From the NCBI GenBank assembly GCA_964514965.1, contig CAZETV010000002.1, positions 188,545 through 220,544 on the forward strand: a stretch of DNA of 32,000 bases, in the 5' to 3' direction. The DNA is from Candidatus Hadarchaeota archaeon (GTDB taxonomy: Archaea > Hadarchaeota > Hadarchaeia > Hadarchaeales > Hadarchaeaceae). Below, one piece after another: positions 1 through 8,178 of this stretch (its first letter is position 1; every line of letters begins with the position of its first letter). The notes under the pieces were generated by a model. The model was not told where the DNA came from. It did no database searches and saw nothing but the letters and a program-made list of their open reading frames with translations. Position numbers and translations under genes: made by a program.

Positions 1-300
1 TGTTGTCAAAACTGCTGGCGGCGATATAGGAACCATCAGAAGAGATTGAAACTGAGTGGACCCAACCGCCAGCCGTGTATGACCAAAGCGGAGTGCTGCT
101 GCTCTTAGAGAAGAGATAAACATTGTTACCACTGCCGGCGGCGATATAAGAGCCATCAGAAGAGATTGAAACTGAGTAGACCTGAGCACCAGTCCTGTAT
201 AACCAAAGCGGAGTGCTGCTGCTCTTAGAGAAGAGATAAACATTGTTGTCAAAACTGCTGGCGGCGATATAGGAACCATCAGAAGAGATTGAAACTGACA
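1..300. repeat. Tandem ~120-123 bp repeat encoding beta-propeller blades
   Basis: 'ggcggcgatata.gaaccatcagaagagattgaaactga' recurs near 18, 138 and 261; 'cggagtgctgctgctcttagagaagagataaacattgtt' occurs twice. Confidence 0.9.
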
Positions 301-472
301 AAACCACACTGCCAGCCGTGTATGGCCAAGGTGTTGTGGTTGTAGTTGTGGACGGGTTTGTTGTGGTTGTAGTTGTCGAGAGAATGACGGCAGATGCAAT
401 AACAACTACAACAACTGTAACTACTATCCCCACTATCGCGTTTGTACTAATCCCCTTCTCCTCTCTTTTCAT
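1..472 (-). CDS. Partial surface-anchored beta-propeller (WD40/PQQ-like repeat) protein; N-terminus is inside the window, C-terminus runs off the left edge
   Basis: Manual reverse-strand translation from ATG at 472: MKREEKGISTNAIVGIVVTVVVVVIASAVILSTTTTTTNPSTTTTTTPWPYTAGS..LSVSISSDGSYIAASSFDNN.YLFSKSSSTPLWSYTAGG. One hydrophobic segment, a Thr-rich linker, then repeats. Not in the supplied ORF track. Confidence 0.7.
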   Translation of the reverse strand, partial: MKREEKGISTNAIVGIVVTVVVVVIASAVILSTTTTTTNPSTTTTTTPWPYTAGSVVLSVSISSDGSYIAASSFDNNVYLFSKSSSTPLWLYRTGAQVYSVSISSDGSYIAAGSGNNVYLFSKSSSTPLWSYTAGGWVHSVSISSDGSYIAASSFDN

Positions 473-715
473 TTCATACCTTCACAAGTGTCGGCTTTGA
501 TACCTATTAAGGTGAGCTTAAGTTTTTAGGGCGTCTTTTCCGATGGCCAGCCAACTTTTCATAATCACCTCAATGTCTACATCTGAAAAGGGAAATTCAC
601 CAACCTTGATAGACGTAGCCGATCTGAGGAAAAAGTTATGGTTAGCCTCTCGGCATTGGGTGGCTCTAGAATCGGAACCTTAACTAAGTACCGCCATGTT
701 AAGCGAGACTTGTAA

Positions 716-901
716 GCCGAAAAACCGTTTATTCAAGTTCACGTAGAAGCCGAGATAGCCAAGGGGAAGTATCACGATTACGATACTTTTCTCGGTTGCG
801 AGGCGGACCAGCTCAAGGTTTTCGCTCAGGGGTTAGGGTTGAATCCTAGACAAGTTATAATGTCGGGGGCTTTCACCAAACCCCACCAGACTGTTATGTA
901 A
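716..901 (+). pseudogene. Start-less ORF remnant (AEKPFIQVHVEAEIAKGKYHDYDTFLGCEADQLKVFAQGLGLNPRQVIMSGAFTKPHQTVM*)
   Basis: Open frame with protein-like composition, no ATG/GTG start, and a stop just upstream. Family not recognised. Confidence 0.3.
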
Positions 902-948
902 TCGAGGAAATTAACATCCCCCAACGTAAACTTGATTCCATATATTAG

Positions 949-1023
949 TGGGGCCGCCGGAATTTGAATCCGGGTCACCAGCACCCCAAGCTGGGAGGCT
1001 AGACCAAGCTACCCCACGGCCCC
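949..1023 (-). tRNA. tRNA-Pro (anticodon GGG)
   Basis: Reverse complement GGGGCCG TG GGGT..GCCT C CCAGC TTGGGGT GCTGG TGAC CCGGG TTCAAAT TCCGG CGGCCCC A folds as a cloverleaf; anticodon loop TTGGGGT. Confidence 0.93.
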
Positions 1024-1066
1024 TGAGGAATCTAGTTCCATCTACATAAAAACAAGTTGTCGAAGA

Positions 1067-2017
1067 TTATGTATTGATAATATTAACTATCTGTTTATTT
1101 GTCTCTTGCGGCGGCTCAATAGTATTAACCATATAAACATCCGTCAATTTGAAAAGCTTTTTGAAAAAATCCTTCCTGAGTTGCAGCTTTCGTTGGTCTC
1201 TTACCAATTGATGAGGGTTGCAAAAATCATTCGCCAGCAAATAATCCAGTGCCTCCTCAGGGCTGAGCTTTCTGATCACTTTTGGGTCATCTTTATCCCT
1301 CTTGAGCAGGATAATTTTTCTGAGTGTCGTCATCGGTATTACCCCACCACTACCTACTATCCACCTCACATTTACGACCGCCCTTCCACGCGAATCGAAA
1401 CGGGCTTTTTTCACGAGCCCCTCATATTCCTTCCATATGCTCCCGATATCTGCCTCGACATAGCAGTTCTTCTCCGAGCCGAAAGCAAGAGGGCCCTGCT
1501 CGTAAATTCTCACGAAATACCAGTCATCCGTCACCAGCCTCGCCCCTTCCAATCTCAACAGACCCCATGAGTGAGTCGTCTTGCCAGTTTTAGGTGGCGC
1601 TATGATGGAAACACCCGTTCCCTTCACGTCTATCGCTGCTCCGTGGACGGAGTATATCCCGTGTTCGTCTTCGAGAACATCACCCGCCACGGAAAGGGTG
1701 ATGCTCTTTATCCACCCATAGTAGTCGACATTGGTCAGGAACGCTGTATTCGTATAGGGGTCATACTTGACATCGAGCTGGTTCCCCTCCTCTCTCAAAA
1801 CGACGATGCGACCATGCGATCGGATGTTCTCGTCCATTGTGTAAAAGTTTTCATCCCATAGGTCTTTCACGTCCTCCAATTCTGTCAGGAGCTTTATGCA
1901 ACAACCGTAGATGTTCGCCTTCTTGGTATACAGGTACCGCTTTAAATTGAGCTCGAAGAGCCTCTGCTTCTCCTCGGGCATGATTAACTTTACCTCATAT
2001 TTCAAGGAACTCATCAA
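1067..2017 (-). CDS. HprK/serine-kinase-like P-loop protein
   Basis: 316 aa; HGAAIDVKGTGVSIIAPPKTGKTTHSWGLL..GARLVTDDW resembles the HPr kinase-like Walker A and following motif; ends just after the RuBisCO gene. Confidence 0.6.
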   Translation of the reverse strand: MMSSLKYEVKLIMPEEKQRLFELNLKRYLYTKKANIYGCCIKLLTELEDVKDLWDENFYTMDENIRSHGRIVVLREEGNQLDVKYDPYTNTAFLTNVDYYGWIKSITLSVAGDVLEDEHGIYSVHGAAIDVKGTGVSIIAPPKTGKTTHSWGLLRLEGARLVTDDWYFVRIYEQGPLAFGSEKNCYVEADIGSIWKEYEGLVKKARFDSRGRAVVNVRWIVGSGGVIPMTTLRKIILLKRDKDDPKVIRKLSPEEALDYLLANDFCNPHQLVRDQRKLQLRKDFFKKLFKLTDVYMVNTIEPPQETNKQIVNIINT

Positions 2018-2024
2018 ATCACAT

Positions 2025-3320
2025 TTACTTGGGCCTGATATATCCCCACTTCTCTATGGCGGCCCTCAATTCTCCTCTTCCCTTGGCGTATTCTTCAAGC
2101 GGAACTTTCCTTAGCGTAGCATCGATGGCCTGACGCACAGCTGCTGCCCCCGCTCGTCCACCTAGCGGATGTCCCCAAACACCGCCCCCAACTTGGATGA
2201 TAATATCTGTTCCAAACATGCCGATGATCTCGGGTACCAAACCTGGGTGCAACCCGCCTGAGATGACGGGGAAAACAGGTCTGATCGCGCGCCACTCTTG
2301 AGCTAGAATTTGCCGTCCCCTTTTAACGTTACTATTCATGATTTCTCTTTGTAGCGCCAGAACCTCCTCCCGTGGCGCCTCAAGCTTCCCTATTGCGGTG
2401 CCGATGTGGAGCTGGTCAACGCCCACAAGGCGAGCTATTTTTGCAACGGCTAACATAGACATCCCATGCTCTGGCTTGCGCGTGAATGCGGCGTGGAACG
2501 CACGGTGAGCGTGGATCGCGAGCCCTAAATCTTCACAATCATCGCGCAGCGATTGAACTCCTGCCCACCCCGCCGTCAGGATATCTACCATCACATACTC
2601 CCCACCTTGCTCCTTTACGAATTTCGCGCGGCGGAGCATTTCTCGCGTCTCGGCGGTCACGTTAATCAAATAGCTCTTTCGTTCTCCAGTTTCGTGCTCG
2701 GCTCGGTCGCGCAGCTCAAGCGACTTAGTCACCCTGCGTTCGAATTGGTTGAATCGCTGCCCAGAGAGGTTCTCATCGTCCTTGAGCAGGTCAATGCCGC
2801 CTACCCAAGCTTCGTATCCCGCTCGAGCGTGCTCCTCGCTGCTCATCCCGACTTTGGGCTTTGGCACCGTTGCGGTCAGCGGCCCCTCTCTCCCCTTGAA
2901 TATCTTTCTGATGCCCTTGATACCAAACTGAGGACCCTTGAAAGATTTTATGAGCTCCGGAGGCCACCGCACGTCCTCGAGCCTGAGATTGCGCACGGCT
3001 TTCATCCCGAAGATGTTGCCCGCGATCGAGCTAAGCACTTGGGGCATGTTCCCCGCCTCGAAGAGGTCAAGCGGGTAGGCCACCTTCACCCACCGCCCTT
3101 TAATTTCGTAGGCCTTCGCCATGAGTCGTCGCTTTTCGGGCGTCATCGTCGTAAGGGTGGTCCAAGTGCCAATCGAGCTCTCCGAGGCCACGCGCCCCAC
3201 GGCTTCTCGCATGCTAATGCCGTTCGCAGGCTCAACTCTAAACAAAACGATCAAGTCCTCGCGGGCGGGCCTGTAGCTCGGGTCGACGAAATCTAAATAC
3301 CATTCGGTCTTCATGCTCAT
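2025..3320 (-). CDS. rbcL: Ribulose-1,5-bisphosphate carboxylase large chain, archaeal form III-like
   Basis: 431 aa; KPKVG, GGIDLLKDDEN (carbamylated Lys motif), HAHRAFHAAFTR, HIGTAIGKLE loop 6, SGGLHPG and QVGGGVWGHP motifs. Confidence 0.93.
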   Translation of the reverse strand: MSMKTEWYLDFVDPSYRPAREDLIVLFRVEPANGISMREAVGRVASESSIGTWTTLTTMTPEKRRLMAKAYEIKGRWVKVAYPLDLFEAGNMPQVLSSIAGNIFGMKAVRNLRLEDVRWPPELIKSFKGPQFGIKGIRKIFKGREGPLTATVPKPKVGMSSEEHARAGYEAWVGGIDLLKDDENLSGQRFNQFERRVTKSLELRDRAEHETGERKSYLINVTAETREMLRRAKFVKEQGGEYVMVDILTAGWAGVQSLRDDCEDLGLAIHAHRAFHAAFTRKPEHGMSMLAVAKIARLVGVDQLHIGTAIGKLEAPREEVLALQREIMNSNVKRGRQILAQEWRAIRPVFPVISGGLHPGLVPEIIGMFGTDIIIQVGGGVWGHPLGGRAGAAAVRQAIDATLRKVPLEEYAKGRGELRAAIEKWGYIRPK

Positions 3321-3561
3321 GAACCAATTAACAATAGCTTTTCAAGTAAAAATACACTTAGCGCTTGAATTTCGCTCTATCGTCTCAAATGGGCTGAGAT
3401 ACATTTGCGAATCCACATCCATTTTATCCAACCGTCAGATCCATTGTCTCTCCACTAGGTTAGGACTAAGCAATACCGCTTATTTCTTTTCTTTCTCTTC
3501 GGCGGTTCGTTTCGATTCACATTTCCCCATCTCACGTTTGGCTAAGCCGCCAACGACTGAA

Positions 3562-3798
3562 TCAAGCCAGCACCACGAATACCACGCTATCGCCGCGAAT
3601 GAAAAGCAAACCGTATCGCTTTCTCACTCGGTCCCCCTCAAGGCTCGTGGCATCGTCGAGCACCAAATTCATGTGCATATCGTAAGCGCGCAACTTGCCA
3701 CGGAGCCTAGCCGCCCCTTTTAGCCCAACGATCACCTCGTTGCTCGAAGCGCGACCCAGTATTTCAGACAGAAGGCTTTCGGGACGAACTTGCACCAT
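3562..3798 (-). CDS. Sm-like (LSm) archaeal protein
   Basis: 78 aa; VIVGLKGAARLRGKLRAYDMHMNLVLDDA...GLLFIRGDSVVFV matches Sm1/Sm2 motifs. Confidence 0.85.
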   Translation of the reverse strand: MVQVRPESLLSEILGRASSNEVIVGLKGAARLRGKLRAYDMHMNLVLDDATSLEGDRVRKRYGLLFIRGDSVVFVVLA

Positions 3799-4188
3799 CT
3801 ACCTACCCTCGCTCTTGCAGAGAATTTGTAGACTTTTCTGCAACTGCCCTCTCATCTGCACACGTATCTTCCGCTCGATGTGCATCCTCTCGCAGAGACT
3901 TTGAAGCCTTTTCTTCAACTGCTCCAGTTCATTGGTCCCTTCGCGGAGGTTTTCCAAGGTGGACTGGAGCTTGATCGCGAGGGATTGCTGCTCGTACAGG
4001 GGGCGTGAGTCCGGGAGCTCCCCGCGGTTTATCGATTCCTCGAGGTTGCTTGTGATTCGACTTATAAGCCCTTCCATCTCCTCGAGCTTCTTTGGGTCGA
4101 CCTTTACCGCCTCGAGCATCATCAAGGCTTTTCTCCATTGCTCAGCCCTTTTACTCATGCTATCTTCTCCACCAAACGAGCGAGCCAT
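3799..4188 (-). CDS. Coiled-coil hypothetical protein
   Basis: 129 aa, strongly helical/charged; stop codon abuts the Lsm start. Confidence 0.5.
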   Translation of the reverse strand: MARSFGGEDSMSKRAEQWRKALMMLEAVKVDPKKLEEMEGLISRITSNLEESINRGELPDSRPLYEQQSLAIKLQSTLENLREGTNELEQLKKRLQSLCERMHIERKIRVQMRGQLQKSLQILCKSEGR

Positions 4189-4273
4189 GGCACACTAAAA
4201 AGAGATTTCCTTCCAACAAATCTATCGAATTTCGACACGAAATTAATATAAAAGCTGCAATGTAGTCATTTTA

Positions 4274-5149
4274 GTGTCATCCATGGTGAGCGAGGTGTCT
4301 TCCAACATAGAAACCGTGCTGTCGAGCATCGAGTTCAAACACACTCTACACCTCTACAGCTCCGATGTGAACAAGTACTCGGTTCAGGCACCCTTCCTAG
4401 CGGCCGCAAAGAAGGGCGAAACCGTTGTATACGTCACCAACGAGAGCCCCGCAGCGATGATGAAGGAGTTTGAGGGACTCGGTATCAAACTTTCCGTCAT
4501 AAAGCCCGAAGAGTTAGGAAAATTACCAATCACCAATCGCGGTCTGAGAGTAGTCGTAGACGCTGGCTCGATCGACCCGAGCATGCTCCGAAGGCTGAGA
4601 AGTCGAACACGGGAAGCGATAGCTAAGTACATCGACCACTCCAAGCGGGAAAAATACTTGGCTGAGAGATGTAAAGACTGCCTCATCTTGTGCACTTACG
4701 ACATGGGCAAGCTCGGTCCCGATTTGGTCAAACAACTCGTCGCATCCCACGATAAGCTGGTGCTAACGACGAGCGATGCGACCATCCTAGCGGCGGAGTC
4801 GCTGGATCGGGCTGGGCTTGCGGCTGAATCGGTTCAGCGGTTTGTGAAGGATGAACTTGAGACCATAGTTCTGGCGCTCGTGCTCAGGGAGCCAATGTGC
4901 GGCACCGACATAATAAAAACAATCCACAGCAAGTTCAACGTACTTTTGAGCCCGGGCACGATATACCCTCTCTTGCACGACCTTGAGAAGAAGGGGCTAT
5001 TGAAATGCGAGTACGGCGTAAAGACTAAGACCTACAAGCCGATGGAAGGCGCCGAGGAAAAAATCCGCGCCATGCTTGAGGAGCACGTCAAAGCGAGCAG
5101 GTTCCTGAGCAAGTTTTTGCAGGTCACCAGCGCGAGCGAAAAGCGGTAA
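4274..5149 (+). CDS. MEDS (DcmR-type sensory) domain - PadR winged-helix fusion regulator, copy 1
   Basis: HTLHLYSSDVNKYSVQAPFLAAAKKGETVVYVTNE N-terminal domain; C-terminal LALVLREPMCGTDIIKTIHSKFNVLLSPGTIYPLLHDLEKKGLLKCEY is PadR-like. Confidence 0.8.
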   Translation: MSSMVSEVSSNIETVLSSIEFKHTLHLYSSDVNKYSVQAPFLAAAKKGETVVYVTNESPAAMMKEFEGLGIKLSVIKPEELGKLPITNRGLRVVVDAGSIDPSMLRRLRSRTREAIAKYIDHSKREKYLAERCKDCLILCTYDMGKLGPDLVKQLVASHDKLVLTTSDATILAAESLDRAGLAAESVQRFVKDELETIVLALVLREPMCGTDIIKTIHSKFNVLLSPGTIYPLLHDLEKKGLLKCEYGVKTKTYKPMEGAEEKIRAMLEEHVKASRFLSKFLQVTSASEKR

Positions 5150-5229
5150 CGGTTTTAGCGTTCAAATTTCGAAACACAAACTTATTAGGGATTTTTTCAG
5201 CGGACTTTATGTGGTGGGGGTGATTTCAG

Positions 5230-5436
5230 ATGCTCGGAAGGCGATCAATTATGGGGATTGTTTCCTCCGCGGATTACGATAAACTTCAAAATATGTGTGC
5301 TCGAGAGGGATGTCGCATCTCAGATATAGTCGGCAGAATCGTTTCCCAGTACTTGGCCAGAGTCCCCGCGGAAAAAGTTGTGAAAGTAAAGAAAATAAAA
5401 AGGATTAAAAAGGCCAAGAAACGGGCCCCCAAGTAA
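5230..5436 (+). CDS. Small ribbon-helix-helix-like protein with Lys-rich tail
   Basis: 68 aa; SSADYDKLQNMCAREGCRISDIVGRIVSQYLA then KVVKVKKIKRIKKAKKRAPK. Confidence 0.5.
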   Translation: MLGRRSIMGIVSSADYDKLQNMCAREGCRISDIVGRIVSQYLARVPAEKVVKVKKIKRIKKAKKRAPK

Positions 5437-5461
5437 AATCCGCTCAAAACGAGGTGAACCC

Positions 5462-5527
5462 ATGGGAAAATTGAAGGAGTGGTTTCGTAAGAAATCGAAG
5501 CGTAAGGCAAAGAAAAAGGGAAAATGA
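5462..5527 (+). CDS. Candidate microprotein MGKLKEWFRKKSKRKAKKKGK (21 aa)
   Basis: ATG preceded by GAGGTGA; just downstream of the 5230-5436 ORF on the same strand. Confidence 0.4.
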   Translation: MGKLKEWFRKKSKRKAKKKGK

Positions 5528-5701
5528 TTCAGGGTTGATGGCTCATCTTTTTGCTTCTCAATTACCACCTTCGAAATCAGCTAGAATTCAGGCCCATTTT
5601 AATGTCGGATTTCTTTTGCGATGGGTTGTATGTTTTCGAAGCTCGACACAAAACGTTTAAATCCCGCATATATCGAAATTCGATACGAGATTAGATACAA
5701 G

Positions 5702-6970
5702 GTGAAGTGTGTGGAGGTAAAACCACTTAGTAATATCATAGCTATCGGAAAGACGACGCGGGGGGGCAGACCATTCCCTGTCAGAAGGCATCGGGGCCTG
5801 TACTTTTTCATCCCGGTTGAGCAGTTCGACTGGTTAAGGGAAGTAAATGATGCTTACAAGACCCTCTACCGAATGGAGGGGGGGGTAGAGCCGCTTCAGA
5901 AGATAAAGATAGTTGGGAGAGGAGGCGTTGAGGGATACAAGCCATTCTTGCTCAGGGGGCACTACGGACGGTATTTGTGCATCCTCGCCGAGCATCTTAG
6001 ACAGCTCAAGCAGATCAACCGCGCGTATGCGGAACTACTTGAAGCTAAAGGGCTGGAGAAAGAGCGCAAGAGGAGGTTAGAAGAGAAGGAACGAGCGAGC
6101 AAAATTGTAGAAAGCGTGAAAGCGGCGGTAGAGGACGCCCGAAAGATAGGAGCACCCGAACATGGGGCCGAACTCATGCGGCCCGTCGACGAATCCCTTG
6201 CCGAAATCGAGGCTGCGTTCATCGCCGAGGAATACAACAAGACCATTGAGCTGGCATCAAAAGTGGATGAACTGGTCCGAGAAGCTAGGGCAAAAGCGCT
6301 CAAGAAAATCGAGGAAACGAAAAAGATCGAAGCGGTGAAAAGACCTCCAGAAGAGGGGAGGTACGTTTACTGCATCATCCCTTGGGAGGGGAGCCACAGC
6401 AGGCTTAGCTTTGGAGACTTGGGTGTAGAGGGCAACGGCGAGGTGTACGCCATACCCTTTGGAGACATCGCAGCGGTCGTGAGCAACGCCCCCTTCAAGG
6501 AATACGTGCTCACCGAGGACAACATACGCACCCATAACCAAGTCATAACGCGCGTGATGCAGGAGTACCCTGTCGTGCCAATGGCTTTCGGCATGGCGTT
6601 CAAAAATGAGGGGGTGCTCAAAGGGTTGCTCGGGAGGATGCGCGATGATTTGAAAAATGCCCTAAATGAAGTCAAGAGCAAGGTCGAACTCGGCGTCAAG
6701 GTGATCTTGCCGGAGGGGACCGAGTTCGACGAGAACGCATTTGCATCTGAGATCAAGGCGCTTCACGAGCTGGCGACCCAATGCAAGCTCGGCAAGCGGT
6801 TCAGCAAGCGTTTGATCTTGAACGCGTTTTATCTAGTAGCGAAAGAAAAAGTGGAAGATTTCCTAGGCGCGGCTAAAGCGCTGGAGGAGAAGTTCAAACA
6901 GCTGAGTATACAGTGCACTGGTCCATGGCCCCCGTTCAACTTCGCAACAATAAAAGTTGGAGGTAGGTGA
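5702..6970 (+). CDS. gvpF/L: Gas vesicle protein GvpF/GvpL family with an extra N-terminal two-module domain
   Basis: C-terminal GRYVYCIIPWEG..VYAIPFGDIAAVVSNAPFKEYVLTEDNIRTHNQVITRVMQEYPVVPMAFGMAFKNE and TGPWPPFNF are GvpF/L motifs. The ORF track starts at 5621, but a promoter-like palindrome at 5671-5685 favours a GTG start at 5702 or 5711. Confidence 0.85.
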   Translation: MKCVEVKPLSNIIAIGKTTRGGRPFPVRRHRGLYFFIPVEQFDWLREVNDAYKTLYRMEGGVEPLQKIKIVGRGGVEGYKPFLLRGHYGRYLCILAEHLRQLKQINRAYAELLEAKGLEKERKRRLEEKERASKIVESVKAAVEDARKIGAPEHGAELMRPVDESLAEIEAAFIAEEYNKTIELASKVDELVREARAKALKKIEETKKIEAVKRPPEEGRYVYCIIPWEGSHSRLSFGDLGVEGNGEVYAIPFGDIAAVVSNAPFKEYVLTEDNIRTHNQVITRVMQEYPVVPMAFGMAFKNEGVLKGLLGRMRDDLKNALNEVKSKVELGVKVILPEGTEFDENAFASEIKALHELATQCKLGKRFSKRLILNAFYLVAKEKVEDFLGAAKALEEKFKQLSIQCTGPWPPFNFATIKVGGR

Positions 6971-6971
6971 G

Positions 6972-7265
6972 GTGCCCTTCCTAGTCGATGACATAGTTCT
7001 CCGAATGCTCGGGATTTCGATCCCGCCCTTCGACATGATCTGGTTGCTGGAGACCATACGGGACTTCGCCGTTCGGGAAGTCTATGATCCTGAAAAGATA
7101 AGCGACTCGATAAAGGAAAACCGGATGCTCTACGAACTCGGGGAGATCACGAAGGAGGAGTATGAGCGGGTCAATACAGAGCTCCTCGAGGCGCTCGAGA
7201 TAGCAAAGCGTGCTAGGGAGACGAAGATCGAGCACCGCATCGATATTTTGGGAATTGGTGGGTAG
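6972..7265 (+). CDS. gvpG: GvpG
   Basis: VPFLVDDIVLRMLGISIPPFDMIWLLETIRDFA..E..D..KI...I.ENRMLYELGEITKEEYERVNTELLEAL; GTG start after GGAGGT. Confidence 0.75.
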   Translation: MPFLVDDIVLRMLGISIPPFDMIWLLETIRDFAVREVYDPEKISDSIKENRMLYELGEITKEEYERVNTELLEALEIAKRARETKIEHRIDILGIGG

Positions 7266-7266
7266 G

Positions 7267-7791
7267 ATGAAAAGGCACCCTATGCAACTATGCAGGCTCC
7301 TCTTTGGCAACATATTTCACGACCTAGAAAAGCTGGCGAGGACAGTAGATGCGCTCGCCAAAGAGGGAGAGGTCCGGAAGGGGTACAAAGAGGGCCCCTT
7401 CATCGTCGAGTACCGGCGGACCGTTCGCTACATCCGCCCTGAGTCCACCGCTCCAGCCCCCGAAGCACCGCGAATCGAAATCAAGCCGAAACCAATCGAG
7501 GCCGAGGCCAAGCCTAGGGAATCGCTAGTGGACGTTTTCGACATGGGAGATCATATCTTGGTCATGGTCGGGCTCCCCGGTGTGAAGGAGGAAGATATCG
7601 AGTTCGAGACCGTGGGCAGCGCGCTCAAGATCAAGATTCACACACCCGGTGGCGATGTCGAGGGCGATATCTCGATTGCGGGAGTTGAACAGGTTAAAGA
7701 AATCATGGGTGCCTCTTTCAAGAACGGCACCCTCGAAATCAAACTGAAAAAAATAAGGGAGGTGAAGAGATGGGAACCAGCACAGCGATAG
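7267..7791 (+). CDS. gvpH: Hsp20/alpha-crystallin-like, GvpH-like
   Basis: LVDVFDMGDHILVMVGLPGVKEEDIEFE...FKNGTLEIKLKK; ATG two bases after the GvpG stop. Confidence 0.75.
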   Translation: MKRHPMQLCRLLFGNIFHDLEKLARTVDALAKEGEVRKGYKEGPFIVEYRRTVRYIRPESTAPAPEAPRIEIKPKPIEAEAKPRESLVDVFDMGDHILVMVGLPGVKEEDIEFETVGSALKIKIHTPGGDVEGDISIAGVEQVKEIMGASFKNGTLEIKLKKIREVKRWEPAQR

Positions 7792-8174
7792 GGGTCGGGG
7801 GGCTGAGGAGGCGCAGGCGAAAGGCCATGATATCTAAAACAGTTGCGCGGAGCAAGCTGAGCAGGGACAGATCGAGAGTCAAGCTGCTGCACGCGAGGGA
7901 GCGGTACAAGATGAAGGTGTGGAAGCACGAGCGCGGGATGGCAGCCAGAAAGGCGGAGCAACCAAGCAAGCTTGGTCCGCTTGCGGTATCGTTCATGCCT
8001 TCGAAAGAGTCCGCCAAGCGATCCAGGCTGGTGCAGCCCCGCTGGTCGGCCGTGCCCAGCAAGCCCAAGTATTCCGATGTGAAGCCGAAGGAGAGGCTCT
8101 ACGGGCTGAGGTTCGAGGCGCGCGAGAAGCGACTCGCAAAGCAGGAGTCCGAGGAGAAAAAGCCCAAGGAATAG
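7770..8174 (+). CDS. Arg/Lys-rich hypothetical protein in gvp operon
   Basis: 134 aa, collinear between gvpH and the gvpJ/M-like gene with short overlap/spacing. Confidence 0.55.
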   Translation: MGTSTAIGVGGLRRRRRKAMISKTVARSKLSRDRSRVKLLHARERYKMKVWKHERGMAARKAEQPSKLGPLAVSFMPSKESAKRSRLVQPRWSAVPSKPKYSDVKPKERLYGLRFEAREKRLAKQESEEKKPKE

Positions 8175-8178
8175 GTAG

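Noticed and set aside
1-300. Repeats as a CRISPR array
   Set aside because: Unit is ~120 bp with no repeat/spacer pattern and translates to beta-propeller blades.
2553-3296. 247-aa plus-strand ORF
   Set aside because: Antisense to RuBisCO with unambiguous catalytic motifs; a by-product of GC-rich coding DNA.
3796-3801. Coiled-coil protein and Lsm are in the same frame separated by a single TAG, suggesting a readthrough fusion
   Set aside because: The Lsm ATG directly follows, both halves look complete, and tight gene spacing explains it more simply.
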